From: a bacterium
GTDB lineage: Bacteria > UBP7 > UBA6624 > JBBIMK01
Reading direction: 5' to 3'
Length of the DNA: 32,000 bases
NCBI GenBank assembly: GCA_037444445.1
Contig: JBBIMK010000015.1
Location: 1-32,000 of the forward strand
Shown one piece after another: positions 1 through 7,070 of this stretch. Under the pieces are notes generated by a model. That model ran no database searches and was not told the DNA's origin. It was given only the letters and a program-made list of their open reading frames with translations. The number at the start of each line of letters is the position of its first letter. Position 1 is the stretch's first letter. The position numbers were made by a program, and so were the translations under genes.

Positions 1-771
1 TGGAAAAGGTTGAAACTGTGGGGGGATGATTTCCTCTCCGACGGGAAGATAGATAAGAGGGAGGAGAATGGGCAAATCCTGCAGGCGAACTACGATTCCG
101 TGGTGTGGGCGGGGGAGTATAGCGAGGCGGAAAGCCGATGGCTACACCTCCCCACCGTCTGGCGCAAAGTATGGATCTGGAAAGACTCAATGGGTTCCCG
201 GCCGCAGGAGAACCAGTGCGGCTTCCCCGCTCGGACCGTCGGGTTTGACTTTCCAAGTGGGGAAATTCCTGGAGCATTTGACGATGCATTCATTGAGATA
301 GTGATCTATCAGGGTAACTCCTCTACGCCGTGGGTTGCCGTAATTCCTGATGGACACTGGTACTCGCATAATTACGAGACTGGCTACCCCAATCCGCATC
401 CACCGCATACTTATGAGTTAACTGGCGTGGACTATATCGGGAACTGTGAGCTCGCGGGGGATATAGGCGTGAGCTGGAAGTTCTTTGATCCCCATGGGGC
501 GGTCGCGGTCGGCAGAATTCTACACAATTTCCCTAACGAACCCGACTTCTCGGGGGTGCTAAGGAAAACCGCAGTTCATGAGACAGGACACATTCTGATT
601 CGCTGGTCGGAGAACGGACAAGTTATCTGCGATGAGAACACGGGGGAGTTTATCGGGTACACGACGGACGACCCAGATGTAATGACGCAAAGGGCCTGTG
701 ATTTTGAGCACCCTCCTCACTGGTTCAACCTTGATCAGATGGGTAAAGGTCGTAGTGGCTCACGAGAATAA
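1..771 (+). CDS. HExxH zinc-metalloprotease-like protein, 5' end cut by window edge
   Basis: Frame 1 is open from nt 1, with no stop before the track's TTG at 10, and ends at TAA 769-771. HETGH lies at 577-591, followed by DPDVMTQ (670-690) and PHWFNL. The same motif order recurs in the ORF at 1477-1740. I could not recognise the exact peptidase family by eye. Confidence 0.6.
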   Translation, partial: WKRLKLWGDDFLSDGKIDKREENGQILQANYDSVVWAGEYSEAESRWLHLPTVWRKVWIWKDSMGSRPQENQCGFPARTVGFDFPSGEIPGAFDDAFIEIVIYQGNSSTPWVAVIPDGHWYSHNYETGYPNPHPPHTYELTGVDYIGNCELAGDIGVSWKFFDPHGAVAVGRILHNFPNEPDFSGVLRKTAVHETGHILIRWSENGQVICDENTGEFIGYTTDDPDVMTQRACDFEHPPHWFNLDQMGKGRSGSRE

Positions 772-778
772 CAGCCCG

Positions 779-1740
779 TTGTTGCCGTCGCTCCACGACA
801 GAGCAGGCACGATCACCTCAAAACGGACCTTTAGATTTCTTTTCTACATCGGCATAACCGTGTTCATGATCGCGTTTATGATATGGAAATCTGGAGGAGT
901 TTGGAAAGGAATGTATCTGACTGTGAAGCTCTACTCGGGGAGCACTAAGTTTTTGCATGGCTTGCTTTTTTACGAAGATGATGATGAGGCGATTGAATCC
1001 TTTTTTTCATTTGAGCTTGCCTCGTGTTCGGGGCGAACCCGTGAAAGGAGATGGCGCGCCACGCCCACTGCCAAGGAAGTAATAAGCGAAGCATCAACAT
1101 CCTTTCTGCACATCCACTCAGAACACTGGGTTCACCTTCCTGTGGCTTTCTGCGAAGGGCTTGTACATGCCATCTGGGAATCACGCATCCTGTTCAGTCG
1201 CGAAGAGTCATTTAATGCGGAGTCGCTGACACCCCTCTCGCCTCCTAACCGAGTCCTGCCCCGCAACATCAGGGTGTGTTTCCTCGCGCCCTGGGTGGTG
1301 GATGGGAACTGCCCCAAATACGCCGTTTTCTATTTCTTGAATGGAATGCACAGTGAAAAACTGCACCCTCTGATTAGATTACTTGTCGTGGGAATCTTAG
1401 AGGAATCACGGAAAAGTTCTTGCTCCGCTTCCCAGTCAGTTTCCGTCTCGAACAAGTGGGATGAGCCACCCGGCGAATGGCTTGTTTCACCGACGCCAAA
1501 GGAAATCGTCTCTGCTTGTGCGAAGAATCCCCCCTGATGATTCTTATCAATATACCAGTCATTCACGAACTTGGGCATAATTTTAGATTTAACTGGGAAA
1601 ACGGTGATTGCAATAATAATCCACCAGATATGGATGTAATGACCCAGAACTGGCTATACTGTCCGCCCGATCAATTTTTCCCCCCGCGCTGGTTCAATCT
1701 TGCTCACATCGAGGACCTGCGTGAACTTCTTCACCGATAA
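779..1740 (+). pseudogene. Paralogous HExxH metalloprotease-like gene interrupted by a frameshift (track ORFs 698-1537 and 1477-1740 joined)
   Basis: The upstream ORF (frame 2) has a positive-inside N-terminus plus a TM helix (FRFLFYIGITVFMIAFMIW), with likely TTG starts at 779/782, and stops at TGA 1535-1537 immediately after a C6 run (1529-1534). The catalytic part continues in frame 1: HELGH at 1564-1578, DMDVMTQ, PRWFNL. One extra C in the run would give a single ORF reading ...ACAKNPPLMILINIPVIHELGH... An 87-aa stand-alone protease fragment is implausible. Confidence 0.5.
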
Positions 1741-1747
1741 GCAGGCA

Positions 1748-2041
1748 ATGAGAGGGAGGTTAACGAGACTGTTATTCTTTTCGGTCCTCATAACGGTTGG
1801 ATTATTCACGGTACCAGAGGTGGTGTCAGGTCGTTGTAGCGCGGGGATGGTCTTGGCGAGGAATGTTGCCATCTCGTATGTTTGGACGACTCTTAGCACT
1901 TGCGGAATTATCACCGCTATCCTGGCGGTCAGTTTCAATTGGAAAACAGAATTTGTGCGGGGGATGGACGCAGGTTTCCTGGTGGCGCTCTTCATTTATT
2001 GTGTTGCATTCTTGCTCTCTGTGGCTTTGGTAACTCTTTAG
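1748..2041 (+). CDS. Small integral membrane protein (about 3 predicted TM helices), unknown function
   Basis: ATG at 1748 lies 8 nt after the stop of the preceding gene. The 97-aa product has three hydrophobic stretches: LLFFSVLITVGLFTV, TCGIITAILAV and AGFLVALFIYCVAFLLSVALV. I recognised no family motif. Confidence 0.45.
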   Translation: MRGRLTRLLFFSVLITVGLFTVPEVVSGRCSAGMVLARNVAISYVWTTLSTCGIITAILAVSFNWKTEFVRGMDAGFLVALFIYCVAFLLSVALVTL

Positions 2042-2207
2042 CGCTGGGGTTACATAATGAGTAACACAGACAAAGGGATTGCAAATTGCGGAGTCAAGTC
2101 TTGAGATATTACTTTTTTATGACATCATCCCGCTCTTCCACTGAATAGGTGTTTCCGCGAGGTTTTTCTCTCCTTTCGCCTCCCATATCTTCTCTTTGAC
2201 ACTTATT

Positions 2208-2216
2208 TGCTATAAT
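2208..2216 (+). promoter_or_regulatory. Candidate extended -10 promoter element (TGcTATAAT) upstream of, and overlapping, the mazG start
   Basis: The sequence is tttGcTATAATgggtATG. TG lies at 2208-2209 and TATAAT at 2211-2216. There is no properly spaced -35. Confidence 0.3.
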
Positions 2217-2634
2217 GGGTATGACCAAGATGAAAAACGCCCGGTTTCAGAAAGTTTTTGAAATCATTAAAATTCTACGAAGTGAAAAGGGATGTCCGTG
2301 GGATAAAGAGCAGCATTTTCCCACCTATGCCCGATTACTCAGAGAGGAATTGAACGAATTGAACAGCGCCATTAAAGATGGAAAAACCGATGAAATAGCG
2401 GAAGAATTAGGGGATGTGGCGTGGAATTGTCTCTACCTTTTATACCTGGGAGAAGAGGAAATGAACTTGAAAATTTCCCGCGTGCTGGAGGGAGTTCTGA
2501 AAAAGATTGTCCGGCGACATCCCCATGTGTTTGGAGATACCGTGGCAAAGACGCCAGAAGAGGTGTTAATCCATTGGCAGAGAATCAAGGAAAAAGAAAA
2601 AAAGGGTCAAAAGGTAAAGCAAAGAAAGAAATAA
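2215..2634 (+). CDS. mazG: MazG-type nucleoside triphosphate pyrophosphohydrolase
   Basis: Motifs GCPWDKEQ, LREELNEL, EELGDVAWNCLYL and RRHPHVFGD are typical of the MazG family. The true start may be ATG 2221 or 2230, because ATG 2215 overlaps a TATAAT box. Confidence 0.85.
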   Translation: MGMTKMKNARFQKVFEIIKILRSEKGCPWDKEQHFPTYARLLREELNELNSAIKDGKTDEIAEELGDVAWNCLYLLYLGEEEMNLKISRVLEGVLKKIVRRHPHVFGDTVAKTPEEVLIHWQRIKEKEKKGQKVKQRKK

Positions 2635-4844
2635 GCGCTCAACCGAGAGCACCTTTCTATACAGGGAAGGGGCTGATTATCGTGGAATCCCCTGCAAAAG
2701 CGCGCACTCTTTCTTCTTTTCTTCGGGGAACCTACCGAGTGGAAGCCTCACTCGGACATGTGATTGACCTGCCGGAAAGGGGAATAGGCGTGCGAATTGA
2801 GGAAGATTTTGAGCCTGTTTTCCGCCCGATTCCCGGTAAAAATCAAGTCATTCAGCGGTTAAAGAAAGCGGGAAAGGAAGCCCGAGAAGTTCTGTTAGCC
2901 ACGGACCCGGACCGGGAAGGTGAGGCGATTGCCTGGCACATTGCACATGGTGTTCTGGGCTTAAATCATCTGGCTCGTCGCATTGAGTTTCATGAAATCA
3001 CTCGTTCCGCTCTGGAAAGAGCCCTTCAATCTCCCCGTCAGATTGATATGAAACGCGTAGAAGCCCAGATTGCTCGCAGGATTCTGGATAGACTGGTAGG
3101 GTATCAACTCAGCCCTCTTCTGTGGCAAAAGGTGAAGAAAGGATTGTCGGCCGGGCGGGTGCAATCCGTTGCCGTTCGCCTCATCTGTGACCGGGAAGCA
3201 GATATTCGCAATTTCACCCCAGAGGAATACTGGGTAATTTCCGCCCTGTTCTTGACACCTGAGGGAACCCGATTCAAAGCGGTGCTGGAATCCATCGGGG
3301 GAGAAAAAGTAAAAATGACAAATGAAAACCAGGCGAATTCTCATATAGAGAATATACGCCTTCAGACATTCTCCATTTCCTCTATTTTGAGAGAGACGAG
3401 AACAGTGCATCCTTTCGCTCCTTTCATAACCAGCACTCTCCAGCAAGAAGCCTCAAAACGGTTTCATTTTTCGCCTCGCAAAACTATGCAAATCGCTCAA
3501 AAATTATATGAGGGCATAGATTTAGGCGGGGGGAAACGGGAAGGGCTGATTACTTACATGCGAACCGATTCCGTCCAGATTGCTTTTGAAGCCCTGGAGC
3601 AGGTTCGGGAATTCATCGGAGAAACTTATGGTTCTGCGTTCGTGCCCGAGCGAGCGCATTATTATCGCAGTAAAGCCACAGCCCAGAGAGCCCATGAGGC
3701 CATTCGTCCCACCCGTCCAGCCAGAACTCCAGAGGAGGTCGCTTCCTTCTTAACGGCCGATGAGCAGAAATTATATGACCTCATCTGGCGGCGATTCGTG
3801 GCTTCTCAGATGGCACTCGCTGTGGTGGAAAAAGTCACTATCACCACTGATGGTGGTCCCTATCGGTTTATCGCTGAAGCCCAGCGAATCGTCTTTGATG
3901 GATTCCTCAAAGTTTATCCCGAGAAACTGGAGAAGGGATTAGAATGCTTCCAGTTGAAGGAAGGCGGGGTGAATCTGGGGGAAGTGAAAGGGGAGCGGAA
4001 ATTCACCCAGCCTCCTCCCCGTTACACTGTCGCCAGCCTGATTAAAGCCCTTGAAGAGAAAGGAATTGGTCGTCCCTCTACCTACGCTCCCATCCTTCAA
4101 ACCATCCAGGAACGAGGGTATGTGAAAATCGCCCGGAAAAAGAAGAGAAACTCAACAAAAGCGGAGGAAGAAGCACTCTCGCAAGAGACCGGGGAATCAG
4201 AAACCCAGGGGGAGGTTTCTCGGGAACCTCGCCCGGGCTCCTTCTACCCCACCCCACTGGGAGAAACCATCAACAATCTGCTGGTTCAGCACTTCAGCGA
4301 AATCGTGGATTATGATTTTACCGCCCAGATGGAATCTAACCTGGACAGGATTGAGGAAGGGGCCTTGAACCGTGTAAACCTCTTAAAGGAGTTCTATGTA
4401 TCTTTTCAACAGCGACTGAATACAGCGAAAAGGCTGATAGCGAGCCAGAAACCCCCGCCCGTGGAGACCGAGTTTATCTGTGAAAAATGTGGCTCCAGAA
4501 TGGTGATTCGTGAAGGGCGCTACGGGAAGTTTTTAGCCTGCTCTTCGTTCCCGAAATGTCGGAATACCCGCCCTTTAGAAGAAACTCCCCCAGCAGGAAA
4601 ATGCCCGTTATGCGGTTCATCACTGCGACTGAAAAGAACACGAAAGAGGCAGAAGGTTTTCTATAGTTGCTCCACTTACCCAAAATGTAAATTTGCCACC
4701 TGGGATACCCCTACACCTGAAACCTGCCCCCGGTGCGGAAGCACCCTCTTCCAATCTAACACCACCTTAAAATGCCTGAACCCCACCTGCAACTACACTC
4801 ACCCTCAGGAACCTTCACATTCTCTCCCTGCTGCGCAAGAATGA
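2574..4844 (+). CDS. topA: DNA topoisomerase I (type IA) with three C-terminal zinc ribbons
   Basis: Toprim N-terminus GLIIVESPAKARTLSSFL...GHVIDLP, then LATDPDREGEAIAWH, and the active-site region ITYMRTDS. The C-terminus has three Cys4 ribbons: CEKCGS...CSSFPKC, CPLCGS...CSTYPKC and CPRCGS...CLNPTC. The track start (ATG 2421) overlaps mazG by 214 nt. I prefer TTG 2574, which has GAGGTG 8 nt upstream. The only other canonical start, GTG 2682, would delete the first Toprim strand. Confidence 0.93.
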   Translation: MAENQGKRKKGSKGKAKKEISAQPRAPFYTGKGLIIVESPAKARTLSSFLRGTYRVEASLGHVIDLPERGIGVRIEEDFEPVFRPIPGKNQVIQRLKKAGKEAREVLLATDPDREGEAIAWHIAHGVLGLNHLARRIEFHEITRSALERALQSPRQIDMKRVEAQIARRILDRLVGYQLSPLLWQKVKKGLSAGRVQSVAVRLICDREADIRNFTPEEYWVISALFLTPEGTRFKAVLESIGGEKVKMTNENQANSHIENIRLQTFSISSILRETRTVHPFAPFITSTLQQEASKRFHFSPRKTMQIAQKLYEGIDLGGGKREGLITYMRTDSVQIAFEALEQVREFIGETYGSAFVPERAHYYRSKATAQRAHEAIRPTRPARTPEEVASFLTADEQKLYDLIWRRFVASQMALAVVEKVTITTDGGPYRFIAEAQRIVFDGFLKVYPEKLEKGLECFQLKEGGVNLGEVKGERKFTQPPPRYTVASLIKALEEKGIGRPSTYAPILQTIQERGYVKIARKKKRNSTKAEEEALSQETGESETQGEVSREPRPGSFYPTPLGETINNLLVQHFSEIVDYDFTAQMESNLDRIEEGALNRVNLLKEFYVSFQQRLNTAKRLIASQKPPPVETEFICEKCGSRMVIREGRYGKFLACSSFPKCRNTRPLEETPPAGKCPLCGSSLRLKRTRKRQKVFYSCSTYPKCKFATWDTPTPETCPRCGSTLFQSNTTLKCLNPTCNYTHPQEPSHSLPAAQE

Positions 4845-5030
4845 ATAGCAAGAATTTCGTGGGCAGACATAACTCTTCATGCAAATTTTTCATTTCTGTG
4901 TTAATCTGCTCGGAGAATGAAAGAGCGGCAGGCAAAAATCAAAGTGAAATCCTACAACATCCGGGTCAGAATGGGTAGAGAAATTTCCTCTGCGGATATA
5001 TAATGAAAAGAGCAGAGTAAGGAGGGTAGT

Positions 5031-6167
5031 ATGGCGATGAAAAAGGGGGGTATAATTTTTCTAATCTTAATTATGAGCGGAAGGCTGCCTCTCGCTCCAC
5101 CCGGAAAGATGATGGAGCCTGCTCCATTCCCCATTTTTGCCTTCTATTATCCCTGGTATCAAAATCCAGAAGTCAGCGGGCAGTGGGGCCACTGGCGGAT
5201 AATCCTTTCTGAAGAACAGATGGAAATGATGAAGCAGGACTCTGAAAAAGCCAAAAAACTGGAATTCCTGCTGAATAACCCGGAGTATCGCCACGCCCTC
5301 GGTATTTTTCTTCCGGATGAAATGGATTACTCGGCGCTGGATGATTACGGGCTACCTCTTTATCGCGGGAAGAACCATCCCACCATCGGGCTGTATGATT
5401 CCAGTGACCCTCTGGTCATCCAGGGGCATTTAAGACTGGCAGCAAGAGCAGGTATCACTGCCTTCATCGTTTCCTGGTGGGGACGAGACGATTTCTCCAA
5501 TCAAGTCCTTAAAACAATGCTATCAACTGCCGCAAAAATTAACAGCCCGGTGTTCCTCACGGTGTATTACGAACAAACGCCTGCTCTAAGAAAAGAGGAA
5601 ACCATTGAAGACCTGCTGTATATTTTGAAAACTTATGGAGATGAAGAGAAATTCCTCCGTAGAGAAGGAAAACCTGTCATTTTCATTTACGGCCGCGCCA
5701 TGAATCAGTTCAATGCTCAGGAGTGGGCAGAGATTTTGAAAGCGGTAAAAAGTCAAAAGGATGCATATTTTTTTGCTGACACCGATTCTACACCCGGGTT
5801 CGCTGAGGGTTTTGACGGATTTCACATCTACAACCCCGCGAATCGTATTAAAGATGGGAAGGATATGCACGACTTTTATTCCAGTTATATGCGGGAAGCA
5901 CGGAGGGGGAAAAAATCAGGGTGCCTAACGGTGATTCCCGGGTATGACGATACTTTGATTCGTTCGCCTGGAACCGCCGTGCCCCGACGCTCCGGCGCCC
6001 TCTACCGTTACCTCTGGCAATCCGCACGAGATGTCAAACCGGATTGCGTCCTGATTACCTCCTGGAATGAATGGCACGAGGGAAGTGAAATTGAGCCTTC
6101 CTTTGAGAACGGTCGGTTATATTTAGATATCACCGCAGAAATGACGGGTGTCCTCCGTCAACCCTGA
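5031..6167 (+). CDS. Secreted glycoside hydrolase, GH99-like (endo-alpha-mannosidase-like fold)
   Basis: AAGGAGG lies 5 nt upstream of the ATG, and the N-terminus is hydrophobic. The ordered motifs FYYPWY, WGHW, ITAFIVSWWG, FHIYNP, IPGYDD and ITSWNEWHEGSEIEP match the GH99 signature pattern as I remember it. Confidence 0.7.
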   Translation: MAMKKGGIIFLILIMSGRLPLAPPGKMMEPAPFPIFAFYYPWYQNPEVSGQWGHWRIILSEEQMEMMKQDSEKAKKLEFLLNNPEYRHALGIFLPDEMDYSALDDYGLPLYRGKNHPTIGLYDSSDPLVIQGHLRLAARAGITAFIVSWWGRDDFSNQVLKTMLSTAAKINSPVFLTVYYEQTPALRKEETIEDLLYILKTYGDEEKFLRREGKPVIFIYGRAMNQFNAQEWAEILKAVKSQKDAYFFADTDSTPGFAEGFDGFHIYNPANRIKDGKDMHDFYSSYMREARRGKKSGCLTVIPGYDDTLIRSPGTAVPRRSGALYRYLWQSARDVKPDCVLITSWNEWHEGSEIEPSFENGRLYLDITAEMTGVLRQP

Positions 6168-6215
6168 CCTTATGATATACTTCTATACGGCAAAGATGAA
6201 AAGGAGGGGAAAAAT

Positions 6216-6449
6216 ATGCCTGTTATTGGAGCGTATGTTTTTATTGAATGTAGTGATGACCCGGCTCAAATCGTGAAAAAGACGCTGAACATACCCGGAG
6301 TGAAGCAATCTAACGCTTTATTCGGACCCATTGAAGCCATCGCTTATGTGGAGGGGCAGGACCTGACCGAGGTGGAACAGATTGTTCTCAAAATCCATGA
6401 AATACCCGGTGTTAAAAATACGGACACCCGCATCTGCCGATTGATTTAG
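6216..6449 (+). CDS. Stand-alone Lrp/AsnC-type ligand-binding (RAM) domain protein
   Basis: AAGGAGGGG precedes the ATG. The 77-aa product has the pattern AYVFIEC...IPGVKQSNALFGPIEAIAYVE...IHEIPGVKNTDT, typical of the AsnC_trans_reg domain, and has no HTH. Confidence 0.7.
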   Translation: MPVIGAYVFIECSDDPAQIVKKTLNIPGVKQSNALFGPIEAIAYVEGQDLTEVEQIVLKIHEIPGVKNTDTRICRLI

Positions 6450-6471
6450 TCCCTCCTACTACCCAAAGAAT

Positions 6472-6915
6472 ATGAGGAATAAAGGCATCCTAACATTTCT
6501 TCTTGTATTTTTCACATTCTGCGGTGGTTCCGGGCTCGCTATTCTTCTCTTCGGTCCTGACCTGGTCATTCCTTCGCTGTCTGGACCTGGAACGGGAATT
6601 GTTGGACAACCCATTCAAATTACTTACTCTGTAAAAAATCAGGGTGAGAGCGATGCTCAAGCATTCTCTGTAAAATTTTTTTTGTCCCTGGATAAACAGA
6701 TTATTCCCCTTCAGGACATTTATCTGGGAGAACAGGCTTTATCGGGATTGAATGCTGGCAATTCCGATACTCAAACTCTTACCCTGAATATCCCTCTTAC
6801 GATTCCTGCTGGCAGTTACTATCTTGGGGCCATCGTGGATTTAGATGCGAAAATTCCTGAGAAAGATGAAGCAAATAACATCACCTTATCCCCTTCCATC
6901 CAGATTTCTTCCTGA
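6472..6915 (+). CDS. Secreted CARDB-domain protein
   Basis: Signal-peptide-like N-terminus, followed by PDLVI..., VGQPIQITYSVKNQGESDA, FSVKFFLS and GSYYLGAIVDLDAKIPEKDEANN. This is the classic CARDB pattern. Confidence 0.65.
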   Translation: MRNKGILTFLLVFFTFCGGSGLAILLFGPDLVIPSLSGPGTGIVGQPIQITYSVKNQGESDAQAFSVKFFLSLDKQIIPLQDIYLGEQALSGLNAGNSDTQTLTLNIPLTIPAGSYYLGAIVDLDAKIPEKDEANNITLSPSIQISS

Positions 6916-6950
6916 AGTATTTCTTCATTTCCTATAGACACCGGTGATAT

Positions 6951-6970
6951 GGAACCTTCGGACCGGTTCC
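6951..6970. terminator. Short inverted repeat between the convergent CARDB and hyuB genes (possible bidirectional terminator)
   Basis: GGAACC (6951-6956) and GGTTCC (6965-6970) are perfect complements around an 8-nt loop. No adjacent T-run is present, so the call is weak. Confidence 0.2.
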
Positions 6971-7070
6971 TCTGCATCGTTAGTAATCCGTTATCGGAAG
7001 TGAGAAACAATGAGATTACATCAAGCACTACCCTCCGCGGTCATAAAAAGTAAAGTGCCTCATTTAGTTC

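Noticed and set aside
1-1740. An impression that the left-edge metalloprotease region is more GC-rich than the rest, which would suggest a horizontally acquired island.
   Set aside because: Hand counts of single 60-nt lines gave 48-65 percent here. They also gave 55-63 percent in some lines of core genes elsewhere, and 28-47 percent in the giant gene. The scatter is too large to support a compositional boundary without a proper sliding-window calculation.
2196-2201. A perfect TTGACA hexamer upstream of the TATAAT at 2211-2216, which looks like a consensus sigma-70 promoter.
   Set aside because: The spacer between the hexamers is only 9 nt, against a canonical 16-18 nt. The -35 match is probably coincidental, so only the extended -10 is retained, at low confidence.
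2421-2573. The ORF-track start of topA at ATG 2421.
   Set aside because: It would overlap mazG by 214 nt and add an 87-residue N-terminus with no resemblance to topoisomerase. TTG 2574, which has a Shine-Dalgarno sequence, is the better call.
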